64,000 bases of DNA from Octopus sinensis (GCF_006345805.1 NC_042997.1:103664001-103728000), one strand, 5' to 3'; shown: positions 39,723 to 52,732, counted from the first letter of the stretch. Made by a program: numbers and translations. Notes: generated from the letters alone by a model not told the origin.

Positions 39723-40065
39723 TCTTGGCCTATGTCCAGGAAATTTCCTTCGTTTTCTCCTGACATCGGTTTCTCCGTTATTAATTCAAAACAATAACCG
39801 TTTGTGTTGACGGCAAACAGATGATTCGCTTATAGAACACAAGACATTAACGCTAAGTTTGCAACTCGCTTCGTTCTTCCTATCACCTCCTTGTCCACCC
39901 CCCGCTAACTGGTACCATTTTTGTGTTTATTCGGTTGCACCCCCCTCACTGACCCTCCTTATTTAGAAATCAGAAAGGGTTGTTTGTTTAATGCCTACTG
40001 GGTAGTAAACGAAAAATAAGACATGTCACCGGAATGCACATTTCTCGTGTTCTAAATACGTTATG

Positions 40066-40130
<65 letters not shown>

Positions 40131-40395
40131 TTTCCTATCATAGCAGAGTCGATGCCAAAGAAATTGAAAAAAAACTGAGAAATATCAGGATCTAGCCAGA
40201 GAACTGATAAGACTGTGGAAGACCAGAACAACAGTAATTGGTAAACATGGCACAATATCCAAAATGCTATATAAATGACTAAAAGAGAATGAAATTGAAA
40301 CTTGCATTGTCGACCTGCAGAAAAGTTCCTTCCTATATTCTGCATGTATCGTTCGAAATATTCTTGAAATTTGAGGAGACTTGTTGTCACCAAAC
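40131..40395 (+). mobile_element. R4/Dong-like non-LTR retrotransposon, REL C-terminal fragment
   Basis: DSRVDAKEIEK..KYQDLARELIRLW..LQKSSFLYSACIVRNILEI, collinear with the end of 43871-44650; preceded by (AAT)n. Confidence 0.75.
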
Positions 40396-40402
40396 GTCAA
40401 GA

Positions 40403-40828
40403 TGAGGGCTACAGCAAATATTCTGCTCAATACCACAGATTTGCTTGTCAGTTGTTTGACCTTAACCAGTTGAGCATGTCCCTTAGTGGCTGACGATATG
40501 TGCATCTCTGATCACGAGTAGAAGTAGTGGGGGAGCATCAATAATTCACCTCTGGAAACATGGGTGGTTCTTTCAACATCCTTAAACAACCCTTATTCAG
40601 GGACCTTTTGAGCGGGATGGGCTACTCAACCTGAAGAAAATTCTAACTGGGCCCCACCTGCAAGGTCATGTGCTGTTTATCTTGATATGAGATCACCATG
40701 TCGCGCACATATGGTTGTGATGCATGTGCCTGGTGTACCCTTATCAGACGGGTAGTCATGATGGGTATATTGGGCTTCGTATATTTTACCCCAGTGTCAC
40801 TTTGATGGCATGCACAGCTCTCTCACTC

Positions 40829-40829
<1 letters not shown>
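40403..40829 (+). repeat. Unclassified ~550-bp interspersed repeat, 5'-truncated copy
   Basis: Highly similar to 52876-53334 (GGGCTACAGCAAATATTCTGCTCAATACC..CTCTCTCACTC) followed by (AAT)n. Confidence 0.9.
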
Positions 40830-40881
<52 letters not shown>

Positions 40882-41010
40882 TAATAAAAATAAAAATAAT
40901 AATAATAATAATAACAATAACAGCAATAACAATAATAATAATAATAACAATAATAATAATAATAGTAATAACAACAACAACAACAATACTACTACTACTA
41001 CTACTACTAC

Positions 41011-41089
<79 letters not shown>

Positions 41090-41090
41090 T

Positions 41091-42905
41091 CATTTATTTG
41101 CCACAAGGGCGAAGAATGAGGGGACAATACAGAAACAAAGTGTTGGGGTTTACATATAATAATGAAATGATGAAAAAAAATTAAGAACACACGATATACA
41201 CTGAAAAAGAAGAGACATGTGCAGAGCATACAAAGGTAAAAAAATGGCGGGGAGAATGATAGAGATGTGGCCTTCCTGATACAAGAAGGCCTCTAGGGAT
41301 AATCGAGGAACCCCACAGTCCGAAATTATCCTTTTCAAGTGAAACTTGAAAAGTCAGTGAGAGCTCCACTAAAGAGGAATGTATCTGTGTCCTCATGCCT
41401 TTCAGCCTTGTCCTCAAAAGAACCTCTTCCGCCACAGTCTTCCAGGCAAAGGAAAACTGTCTTGGCTGCCCGATTTAAGGAGGGCGGTGCTGCGATCATC
41501 ACTACAGATTCGGCCGACAGCCGGATCCGTCCCATATGCGACAGCAGCTGTTCAACATAACACCACAAGTCAACAATGCCTAGACACTGAACGAAAGGGT
41601 GCAGAAAGGTTTCGTACCTCGAACAAGTCAGTCTGACGGCACATCCGGTAGCGTTCCTCGGTTGCACTATCAGGCCAAGTACATCTGGAAATTATCTATG
41701 ATAGTTCCCGACCGGACAGTCCTCCAGAACAGACTAGCCAGTCCGTTCTTGTCGGCACCCATAGTCACCCCGAGAAACGTCGTCGCACTTCCCCACCACT
41801 AATCCTCTATAAATTTCTAAAGCTGAATATCCATTGCCCGACTGATAGAATGTTGTGAGCGCCTGACGATATTCTAGGTGCCAGGCGCCCAGTCTCGGTC
41901 TTTTCTTCACCCGGGACTGTTAACGAGACGGGCTGCGGAAAGACGAGCCTCACAGACGTAGCCGATACACGCCCACCGTTCAGAAATCGCTGTAGGTAGC
42001 GTAAGCTAAAAGCATGTCTGCGCATTTGGAGTCACAGCATACCTAATCCACCACTCAGAGGACGCTGGCAACAGACTAACCACCTGACCATTGGACCGCA
42101 TCCCTTCCAGAAGAATTTGAATAAGAGACGCTTGTCAAGCAGTAACCGGGTCAAGGCACGACGATCAGGCGATAAATGATAACGGAGGCGATGTGAGCAT
42201 TCGCCACCTCTATCCAACATTTCAGGGAAATTTTATTTCAGCCCATTTCTGGGTAAGTCTGTTCACCCTGTTCGCCACCGCGTCCCAGTTCTTATCAACC
42301 TGGTGGTCGGGACCACATCAAGCCTCGAGCACTTTATCTGGTCCGTCGGTTCAGCGTCCGACAGCGCCATCCGATGGCATCATCCTACCTCTTCAGGAGC
42401 CCAACCGCAAACCAACAGATTTGTCGGCGCTGGTTTTTAGCCCTTGCAACCGACTCATATTGTTTTAAGATGGTGCCGACTGTCTCTATTTCGGAGGCGT
42501 TCGTCACCATGATGGTGACGTCGTCCGCGTATGTTGACGCTGCCCTTCCTTGTCCTATTTCGAAAGGGATGCTCCTCAGCAATTACAACTTCCGCAACAG
42601 TGGCTCGAGTGCTAATACGTATAGAAGAGACGATAGCGGGAAGCCCTGACGGACCGAGCGTGCGATGCCAAACGGCTCCGATAGGTGGCTGTTTACTTTG
42701 ACCACCGAACAAGTGACGCTGTGCATTGCAGCGATCCAGCCTCTGAAATCGTGTCCGAAACCGCCTGCTTTCAGGACGGCTTCCAAGTAGCGAATGCTTT
42801 TGATTGATCCAAATTGATCAGAGCAGTACTGAAGCCAACTGTGGTCCCAGCCCTCTCTGTATCGCATAAGGTGGAAGGTGTCGACCTTCGAATAGGCTAC
42901 CGAGT
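41091..42905 (-). mobile_element. Tx1/L1-clade LINE, 5'-truncated (part of RT, zinc finger, 3' UTR)
   Basis: SVRQGFPLSSLLYVLALEPLLRKL, ASTYADDVT, ETFLHPFVQC..LWCYVEQLLS; AATAAA at the 3' end followed by (AAT)n. Confidence 0.9.
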
Positions 42906-42920
42906 ATAATAATAATGATA

Positions 42921-43055
42921 AAGCACCACAAGGCACCACACAATCCTATGTAAAGCAGTGAAAATAAGAATACCACAACAAACTACAGCATATACCCGAG
43001 GCACACAGCTGTGCTCGAAAGTGCAGTGAAAGCAGTAATAAAAATAAGACTGTTG
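42921..43055 (+). mobile_element. R4/Dong-like 3' UTR-only copy
   Basis: CACAACAAACTACAGCATATACCCGAGGCACACAG..GTGAAAGCA..ATAAAAATAA matches 44560-44650; (AAT)n on both sides. Confidence 0.75.
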
Positions 43056-43067
43056 AATGATTAATAA

Positions 43068-43100
<33 letters not shown>

Positions 43101-43101
<1 letters not shown>

Positions 43102-43670
43102 GAGATCGAAACTATAGACCACCTAATCTCAGGGTGTGGAGTTTTAGTACCTGTAAAATATAAAGCAAGACATGACAGAGTCGGCCAGTATTTACACTGG
43201 ACAATATGTCATTATAAAATCAAAACCGCTGACAAATGGTATAAACACCATCCTGAAGTTGTGACTGAGGGAGAAAATGTGTCGATTCTCTGGGACTCCC
43301 CCGTACATACCGACAAAACTAAAAAGCTAATAAAGTGGATATCATTATAAAAAATCAGACAAAAAAAGTGTGTTTATTAATTGTTGCGATCACAACATAG
43401 CGGCGATCACAACATAGCGGCGATCACAACATAGCGGCGAAAGACTTTGACAAGATCAGTAAATATAAAGACTTGCTAATAGAAATTGAAAAGATGTGAC
43501 ATCTTAAGGCGACTACAGTACCAGTGATTGTAGGATATTTATGAATGACAAAAATAGGTACTGAAACCTATTTGAAAATGATACCAGGCTTACCATCCCT
43601 ACAAGAAGTGCAAAAACTCGTGTTAACTGGAACGACTCATGTACTGAGAAGAGCATTATTGCTGTGAAAA
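43101..43670 (+). mobile_element. R4/Dong-like retrotransposon 3' fragment (CCHC end and REL endonuclease), frameshifted
   Basis: ETIDHLISGCGVL..YKARHDRVGQYLHW..WYKHHPE..ILWDSPVHTDK; later KYKDLLIEIEKM, LTGTTHVLRRAL. Confidence 0.9.
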
Positions 43671-43736
43671 GAACATCCATTCATGAATTTATTTATTCAT
43701 TAATTTTTTAGATAATATTTTACCTGTGAATTATAT

Positions 43737-43786
<50 letters not shown>

Positions 43787-43798
43787 TACTACTACTAC

Positions 43799-43852
<54 letters not shown>

Positions 43853-43870
43853 TAATAATAATAATAATAA

Positions 43871-44650
43871 GCTCAGGACTCAAAGCAGAGACAGAGGGAT
43901 TTTTAATTGCAGCACAAGACCAAAGCCTCCCCACCAGAAATTACCAAAAACATATAATGAAAAGAAACATAACAAGTAACTGCAGAATATGTGGAGATGG
44001 ACAAGAAACAATAAATCATATTATCTCTAGCTGCCCAGTCCTGGCTAAGAAGGAATATATTCACAGACATGACAGAGTTGGAACCTACATACATTGGAAG
44101 CTATGCCAACATTATGGAATAACAACAGAAAAAAGATGGTATAGGCACACACTAGAAAAGGTCACAGAAAACGAGAAAGCAACCATACTCTGGGATATGC
44201 CGATACACACAGATAGAGAAATTAAGGCCAACAGACCAGATATAGTTGTCAGAGATCATGAAGAAAAAAAATGCTTTCTAATTGATGTATCAATACCGGC
44301 AGATGACAACGTGTCTCTAAAAGAAATGGAGAAACTCTCAAAATACAGAGACCTGGAAATAGAGGTAACCAGAATGTGGAATCTAAAAACAGAAACAATT
44401 CCTATCATAGTAGGTGCATTAGGCATGATAAAAAAATATTCAGACAAATACATAACAAAAACACTATGACTTACAAACACATATAACATACAGAAAATTG
44501 CACCACTAGGCACTGCACACATCCTACGCAGAGCACTTTCCATACAATAACCATCAGAGCATCACAACAAATCACAGCACATACCCAAGGCACACAGAGC
44601 TGCGCTCGGTAGTGAAGTGAAAGCACGCTATAAAAATAAAACTACTGAAC
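43871..44650 (+). mobile_element. R4/Dong-like retrotransposon 3' ~780 bp, well preserved (CCHC knuckle, PD..D..K REL nuclease, 3' UTR)
   Basis: LKAETEGFLIAAQDQSL, CRICGDGQETINHIISSC, RPDIVVRD..IDVSIPAD..KEMEKLSKY, IIVGALG; one premature TGA at 44467, frame continues to a stop at about 44549; (AAT)n on both sides. Confidence 0.95.
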
Positions 44651-44702
<52 letters not shown>

Positions 44703-44705
<3 letters not shown>

Positions 44706-47333
44706 GCTAAGAGGAAACTGGAAAATGGGAGAAAGACTGACCGAGAAAAATTAGAGAAGAAATATCAAATACGGAAGAACGCATTTAATGCAGTAACAGA
44801 GGAGTTAAGACAGAGGATCACGGGGAAAAGCCAGAAGATCAGATGTGTGAAGAGAAATAAGTGGTTCGAGGAGAACAGATTGTTCAAAAGTAAACAGAAG
44901 CAATTCTTCCGAACGTTCGTTAGAAGGAGACAATGGGGAAAATGTTGCTCCTGATACAAATCAAGCCAAAGAGTTCTGTAGCGGATTATGGGGAAACAAT
45001 GTGGTGCATAAAAGGGATGCAATGTGGATAGGAACTATCAAGGTAGAATTACAAGAACGAAGGAAGAACAAAGGAATATTGTCATAAGCACGGGTGATAT
45101 GAAAGAATAAGTGGATAAAACGCCTAACTAGAAAGCCCCCGGACCAGATGGGATTCATGGTCTCTGGCTGAAGAGATGCCACGCGGTGCATGAAAGACTA
45201 GCAGCCCAGTTGAATGAGTGTGTCCACAAAGGTACAGAGCCCGCGTGGATGCTTACTGGGAGGACAACACTTGTAATGAAAGATAGAAGAAAGGGGAATA
45301 TTGTGGGAATCTACCGCCCCATAGCATGCCTAAGCATAACCTGGAAGATACTCATTGGAATATGTGTGGCAATGACATACACTTTCCTGGCACAGGAAGA
45401 AATACTACCAAAGGAACACAAAGGATGTAGGAAGAATTCTCAGGGTATCAAGTATCACTTGGTCATCGATAAAACAGTTTTGAAGCATTGTAAAAAAGCA
45501 TCATACAAACATGTCTATGGCTTGGATTGACTTTGAGAAGGCATATGATATAATGCCTCATTCTTGGATCGTTGAATGCCTGGAGATGTTTGGTGTTGCT
45601 GACAACATCACAAATTTTCTGATGTATAGCATGAAAAAGTGGGAGACCAAATTGTACTTGGAGAAGTTAATATTAAAATGGGAATCTTCCAAGGTGACTC
45701 GTTTTCTCCGTTACTTTTTGTAATTGCATTAATACCTATAACAATGACACTTAGGAAAGTGAAGATGGGTTACCGATGTGGGAAGAAAGGCCCATCATTG
45801 AACCATCTTCTGTTTATGGATGAGATGAAATTGTTTGGGAAATCTGAAAACACATAGATTCCTTAACCAAAACAATCCAAAAGTGTGGTAGGGACATCGG
45901 TATTGAATTTGGGATCACCAAATGCTCAGTACTTAATATGAAAAAAGGGAAGAAAGATGCGGTTACCATCAGGAGAGACAATGGGTAAATCCGACGGTAG
46001 TGGGTATAGATATTTAGGGACTTTGGAGCTGGATGAGATTCTACACCGAGAAATGATAGTTAAGGTCAGCGAGGCGTATCAACTAAGGGTGAAGATGGTG
46101 TTGAAATCCAAACTGAATGCCTAAAAATTTGATTACCACAATGAATATCTGGGTAGTTGCGGTGGTAAGGTATAGTGCATCCATCCTCAAATGGACTAAG
46201 GAGGAAATATCAACACTAAATAGAAGGACGACAAAGTTGACGCTGCATGGGGCGCTACACCATAAAGCAAACGTAAATATACTGTATATGAAAAGAAAGA
46301 ATGGTGGCAGAGGACTAATTAGTATAGACCATTGTATAAGGAGTGAAAGGAGGACGCTTGCCGAGTATTTGATAAATAGTGATGAAGACCTGCTGCAATA
46401 TGTCGCGAAAGATACGGGTGTAAATGCAGATGAAATGATGGGCAAGGAGGAGTTTAACCAAAGAGCTGAGGAGAAGAGAGAAAAAGTACTTTCTGAAATG
46501 AGAAAGGACAGGCTGAAAGGAGCACATTAAGGATAATACAGCATCGTGGGCATAGCTTGAGCGAGATGATTTGATGCGTACCACCGAAAGCCTGATCATG
46601 GCTGCACAAGACCAGGCTCTTGCTACCAATACAATGGAGTATAACATCTATAAAACGACTGACACCCAGAAATGCAAACTCTGTAGAAAGAGTGTGGAAA
46701 ATGTGACCCACTTTGTAAGTGACTGTGAGAGCTTGACACAAAAAGAATACAAGCACTGCCACGATAAAGTGTGTGTGTGTGTGCGTATGTGTGTGTGTAT
46801 CTCCATTGGCTCTTAGACGGTAAATACCAATATAAAGTAACAGAGAACTGATATGAGCATGTACCAAGTAAAGTTATGCAGGAGGATGGAGAAGTAATTT
46901 TGGAACTATGATTTTCAGACGAATCGTGTAATCGAACACCATCGACCGGATATTGTCATATTGAGAAAGAGAGACAAATAATGTCAGATCATTGATGTAG
47001 CCATACCAAATGACATGAATGTTGTGAGTAAAGAGGTTGAAAAAAATCGCCAAGTACTCCGAATTGAAAGTGGAAATGGCAAGACTATGAAATATGAAGG
47101 GGTGTTGTAAAGGTGATACAAGTGGTGATACGAGCGTTGGGCTGAATCCCATTGAAACTTCAAAACTTCTAAAGGCAACTGAAAATCCCATGCAAGATTG
47201 ATGTCTTGCAAAAAGCAGCCTTATTGGGGACAGCGCACATCTTAAAGAAAGTATTATCTGCCTGAAGTCCTTGTTGTGACTTGACAGATGACTAAAGACT
47301 TCAGTGTATTTATATCTACACTGTGTTACGAAG

Positions 47334-47336
<3 letters not shown>
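44703..47336 (+). mobile_element. R4/Dong-like retrotransposon of a second family, 5'-truncated, RT plus REL, many frameshifts
   Basis: YRPIACLSITWKI, EHKGCRKNSQG, AWIDFEKAYDIMPHSWI, GIFQGDSFSPLLF, LNHLLFMDEMKL, ESLIMAAQDQAL, CKLC..ENVTHFVSDC; (AAT)n at both ends; (GT)n inserted near 46770. Confidence 0.92.
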
Positions 47337-47369
<33 letters not shown>

Positions 47370-47622
47370 TAATAATAATAATAATAAATTATTTTATTGT
47401 CCACAAGGGTTCACATAAAATTACAGTAAAATACATACAACAGCATAAAAGACACAAACAGGACGTTACAATGGGTTTTACAACGTGTAAACAATATAAA
47501 TAACAATAACAATTAAACAATTTAAAACTCCCAATAGGGGGGGGCGCTTTTGGGACCTCGTGGAAAACGCCACAAAAACCACGGGTGCCTGGACAACAGA
47601 GCTAGAGCCCTTTTCCTTTTGC

Positions 47623-50549
47623 TTACAGGTGCACACTCAGAATCTGTCCTTTTGCACTGGTCATTCTTGCAACATTCACCCACCTTTCAACAAACTTGCT
47701 ACAAGGCAACACTTCCCTCTCCACATTCAATTTCCTTTTCAAGTGAAACTTGAAAAAGTTGATGAGGGCTTCGCCAAAGAGGAAAGTGTTTGTCTTTAGC
47801 CCTTTCAAACGGGCCCACCATACTACCTCTTTCACTACAGCCACTAGACAAATAAAAATTGCCTGCCCCTCTCGGCAAAAAGAGGGGCAATCTTCACAAT
47901 GAATTCAGCTGATAGCCGGATCCGTCCCACACGCGACAGCAGGTGTTCAACATAATCCCACAGGCCAGCAATACTCGGGTAATGGTCTAGGGTGTGCAGA
48001 ACGGTCTCATCGTTCTGGGCGCACATCGGGTAGGCCGGCTGACGGTACTTACATGCCTGTAAAGTTTATCCCGAACTGGCATCGCCACTCGGTAGCACTG
48101 CCAGGAAAGAGATTTCTGTAAGTTATCCATTGGTCCAGGCCCGAAAGTTCTCTGAAACAGACCGGTTAGCTGATCGTCATCGACACCCAGAGTTTCACCG
48201 AGAACGTCATCGCACTTTCTCTCCACTAGCGCTATATAGAACGCTAGAGTAGAATTACTACCGACTGCATTGCCCGCCTAGCAGAAGGCTGTGAGCGCTC
48301 GAGACGGCACTCGAGGTACCAAGTGCCCCTCCTCGGTCTACGCCTAATCCATGATTGCATCTCAGTTAAAGAGACGAACTGGGAAAAAGCGTGTCTTACA
48401 AACGGTGCCTACACCCGCTCACTGTCAAGGAAACGCTGGAGATACCGGAACCTCAGCGCATGTCCGCGAATCAGTAACCACGGCATGCTCATCCACCCCC
48501 CCCATTCAGCGGCAGATGGAGCGCCTGACCAGTGGAGCGCTCCCTCTCCACAGAAAGCGGAAGAGTAAGGGCATCAACTTGGTCAACCAGCAAACGAGAC
48601 AAGGGACGACAGTAAAGCGGTAATAGATGACGGATGCGATGTACGCATCCGCCCCCTCCGCTCGACCTTTCGGGGACAGCTTTCTCTCGGACCATTGATT
48701 GAGCTACCTTGCTCAAGAGATTGATTGGCTACCTTGCTCGTCACCTCGTCCCAGTTCTTCTCCACTTGGGAGCCGGACTAAAGCAAACTCCGAGCAACTT
48801 AATGGGACTGTCTGTCTAGCGCGCCACTACGCTGTTGGACGGTATTGACTTGCCTCTCCAGGTATCGAGTTGCATGTCCACTGACTTTTCCGCGTTAATT
48901 TTTGCTCCTGTCACCGCTTCATATTCCTATAGTGTTTCACCAATCAGGTCTATATGCCTGTGGCTCGACACTATGACGGTGACATTATCGGCGTAAGCAG
49001 ACACACTTCTACATCCTAAATTACGTGGGACACTCCTCAAAGTCTCTAACGTTCGCAGTATTCGTTGAAGAGTCAGTACATAGAGAAGAGAGGAGAGGGG
49101 GCACTCTTGACGGACTGAACGCAATATGCTGGATGACTCCGACAGGTGACTATTCACCCGAACAACCGAGCAGACAGCGCTGTACAAATCAGCGACCCAA
49201 CCGCAGAAAACTGGACCGAAACCGGCTACTCTAAGGACAGCTGCCAAGTATTAATAGTCGACCCTATCAAAAGCTTTAGACTGATTTAAATTGATCAGAG
49301 CCCCGCATATGCCAGATTCGTTACCCGACCTCTCTATAATGTAGCGCATAAGATGGAGGTTGTTGTGCATACTCCTGGTTGGGATGGTGCAAATTTGCGC
49401 CTCGCGAACCTGTTTGTCCATGACAAGCGGCAACCTCCTGGCTAACATCTTGACTAAAATCTTCAGCTCTTCATTGAGCAGAATGATGGGCCTTAAATTC
49501 TCTATAACAAACACCGCCTTGTTTGGCTCCTTTCTCAGCAGTTCCACTACCCCACGACAGACAAAAGTGGGAATTCTCCCGTCTTGCTGCCAGTCAGTTG
49601 TGATGCCATGTCCTAAGCGCCTTATCTAAGTTTCTAACTAAATCTCCCTCTATTCTATTTCTTTCTCCTGCTAATGCCTTGCTAAACCTAATCGATTCTA
49701 CTCTAATTACCCTTTTAAGAGCAAACGACCAGTTGTTGTTGATGATTGCACCCGTCAACGCCCGCTTAACTAATTCACTAATCCAGTCTCTGTAAGCCTG
49801 ACACGCCGGTAACGACGTGTCCAGCTTTCAGTAACCGGGACTCTCTCTATGAAGCCTATCTAAGTCGACCGTACATATCGATCACAAATTTGTGGTCTGT
49901 GTAGCCGACCATGTGAAATTGTGGACACGCTATGCTATCCTTATCCGCTGGCCTACAAAATACTCTATCAAGATACGATCTAGATGACCCGATGCGGTTT
50001 GTCAAAGTTCACATTGGCACATTCAGGTAATCTAGTCGGGACCTGTCACACAATTGAAAACGTGTGAGCAGGGTTTTGAGGCTTTTGCACCCACCTCTCC
50101 TATCAGATACTCCCACGCAATTGAAACGTCCATCTAAGACAGCGTTCCAAGTCCCTACTACTACTACTACTAAAATCCGAGACGTTCTCAGGAAAACCTC
50201 CAGACGCCTGAAGTAATCAGACCGTCCTGCCCCTGTCGGAGCATAGGCAACCACCAGAGTGAAAGCACAGCCATCACTGCTGTTCACATCTAGGACTACC
50301 AACTTATCTTCTGGATCCAGAAAGACTGCCTTTATTTTCAAATCCAGACCCTTCCGGAAAAATACTCCAGTACCACCACTGCTCCCGTTCCGGTCGACAC
50401 GGAGATAGGTAGATCTCGTATCCACCGAAAAAGGTGATGAGGTCCTCGTGGGTCGGATAGTCTGGATTCAGGTCATCTAAAAAGTGACCTTGTTTCCAAG
50501 GCAACCCGAGGCCCCTGACATTTACTCAACCTATTCTGAGCATGGCCAT
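47623..50549 (-). pseudogene. Tx1-like ORF2 (APE endonuclease, RT, zinc finger) with deletions and stops
   Basis: MAMLRIG*VNVRGL, GGTGVFF, AYAPTG, GTWNAVLD, SYLDRVF..TDHK, ENLRPIILLN, KAFDRVDY, SVRQECPLS, SAYADNVT, ETVLHTL, FVERW. Confidence 0.88.
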
Positions 50550-50575
50550 TATAAAAATAAATTCAGAGAGGGGCT

Positions 50576-52414
50576 CTACTTACCATTGTTGTGTGGCAGT
50601 GTTGTTCCCATGGTCTTTGTTGTGGGCGTTTCCACGAGAGTTTTGTAGATTCTTTTATAAAATGTTTTCTGAAAAGACCCAACAGCATTAGGAAAGTTAA
50701 TTTTTAAGTGATTATAGGTGTCATGTTTTAATTTCAAAATTTGTATGTGTGGTGGTGGTATATTGTGTGTTGGAAAGACAAAGTCTTCCATTGTGTGTCC
50801 GAGTTGTCTGAGGTTTTTAACGAGGTTTGTGTTGGTGTCGATGGCTGTGAGGGTGGTGGTGTTTGTGCAGACCGTTTGTGTCGACGTTTGAGGTGATAGT
50901 GCTGTTGGTTGTTGTGTGAGTTGCCGACTTTGGGCATTTCCTCCTCTCTGCGCCTCACCCTCTTTTTATGGAGAACTATTTGCCACTCTCCCTTCTCAAC
51001 CTCAATACTCGAACAGTTCAGGTTGTTTTGGTCGGGAAGGGGGATATTCTGGGGGATATTATTTTGGTGGGGTTCATATGCTGTTGTTGTTGGTGGTGGT
51101 ACTCCAACTGGTGCTGGTGGTACTCTGGCTGGTTGTGTTACTTCGGCTGGTGGTGGTACTGCGACTGGTTGTGTTACTTCGGCTGGTTGTGGCACTTCGG
51201 CTGGTATTGGTACTCCATCCGGCGTTGTTGGTGTTGGTGTTCGTGTTGGTGTTCGTGGTGTCCTGGCGAGTGCTGGAGGTGGCATCGGTGTTGCTGGTGG
51301 TGATGGGGTTGCTTTCTGCTACTGCACTGGAAGTGTCCCCGTTTCTATTGTCACTTACAGTTTTTTCGCATTTCTTTATATTTGGGGCAGTCGACCTTGA
51401 GGTGCTGGTCGTTCCCACAAAAGTAGTACCTCGGCCGCCTGCCTTCCACGGCCACGTACAGTCCCGTGCCGTCTGGTAAATTTATGGCGTCAGGGATAGA
51501 ATTTATGGCCTCTTGTTCAATTTGAACAAGAAGCTCTAATCCCTGACCCGTCCAATTTTCTTGGTGCAATTTATGCACCAATATATTGGCGGTGTCCTCT
51601 ATATCAAAGAGGACAGTCGCCACTAGCCAACAGTATATATGCATTTCAGGAGGCACCTCCCCAATTTTAATTTTTGTCTCGCACGGACCAAGGTATGTCG
51701 GCACAAGCAGTAATTCCCCTGTTTTTAAGAGCACAGAGGAATGCTGCCTTGCCTCGTTTTCAGTTGCAAAACACACTTCCACCGTGCCGAAGCGCTTTCC
51801 TCTTGTCACATAGGTTTTGTTTGTCCAAATTGGTTTTAGGGCCATTTCCAACCGTTGTTGGGTTGCACTTCTACCCTTTTCTTCTTGATGTTTAAAACTG
51901 TATATTACTTATTTTTCGATTCGTCTCCTTTATTAATTCCTGAGAGATGTTAAGGAAGACATTGTTTCCTTCATTCCTTAGCAACTCCTTTGCATTTTTG
52001 TATTTCATTTGTTGTTAAATTCAACATTTCTTTTGTCTGCTTTGCCGCTGAGGCGAAACCGTTGCCGCTGGATGTGTTGTTCGTGTTTGTGGTGTCATTC
52101 TGTTTTTCTTTTCTCTCTTCCTCCTTCTCTTTTTCAGGAACAATTTTTTGGTTTGCTATATTTTCTGGGTTTTCCGTGTTGTTGCTGATGGTGGTGTTGG
52201 TGTTGGCACCGCTGCTTGTGATTGTACTGTTCAGAGGGGGGAAATCTTGGCTGTACTGGCCGTCAGAACAGCCACTGCCACTCCCCTCGACAGAAGAAGC
52301 CAGCTTGTTTTTCGTCAAACGAAAAACAAAAAAATATTGTAAATGAGCAAAATGTTCAAAATTCGCCGCTAAAAGGGGGGAAATTTTCAACAAAAGAGCC
52401 CTTTCTGCACGCAA
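50576..52414 (-). pseudogene. Tx1-like ORF1 (gag-like), broken by frameshifts and stops
   Basis: Pieces 51971-52414, 51351-51851 (TYVTRGKRFGTVEVCF..VEGRRPRYYFCGNDQHLKVDCP, knuckle with first C changed to Y), 50734-51285 (AEVTQP repeats, GEWQIVLHKKR), 50576-50791. Confidence 0.8.
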
Positions 52415-52545
52415 AAAGGGGTTCGGAAAACAAAAACAAACAAGCAGTCAATAAACTTGATAAACTAGCACGTCTTAACTCGCCAACAACAACAACAATA
52501 ATAATAATTACATGAATAACAACAATAACAACGGCAATAATAATC

Positions 52546-52730
52546 CTTTCTAATATAGGCGCAGGGCCAGAAACTTTTGGAGAGGTAGCGTGTCGATTAT
52601 ATCAGTTCCAGCACTTCTCTGGTACTTTGTATCATCGACGCCGAAGGGATGAAAAGCAAAGTTGAGCGAGGTGGAATTTGAAAACGGAATGTAAAGAGGC
52701 CGGAGATAGTCCGATAAGCCAACGATTCTG
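52546..52730 (-). mobile_element. Diverged family A-related SINE between AAT tracts
   Basis: Reverse complement TGGCAGAATCGTTGGC..TTCCACC..CTTTGCTTTTCATCCCTTCGGCGTCGATGATA..AGTACCAG..GGCCCTGCGCC. Confidence 0.7.
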
Positions 52731-52732
52731 CC

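Larger units (their letters stand above)
47388..52480 (-). mobile_element. Near full-length Tx1/L1-clade LINE (~5.1 kb), inactivated
   Basis: 5' region, ORF1 (RRM-like, knuckle, Pro/Thr-rich), ORF2 (APE endonuclease, RT, zinc finger), 3' UTR with AATAAA; AAT/AAC microsatellite at both ends. Confidence 0.92.

Noticed and set aside
50909-51479. Long plus-strand ORFs rich in G/V/W/C (50909-51400, 50916-51479, 50968-51303)
   Set aside because: Antisense shadows of the Pro/Thr-rich repeat in the Tx1-like ORF1.
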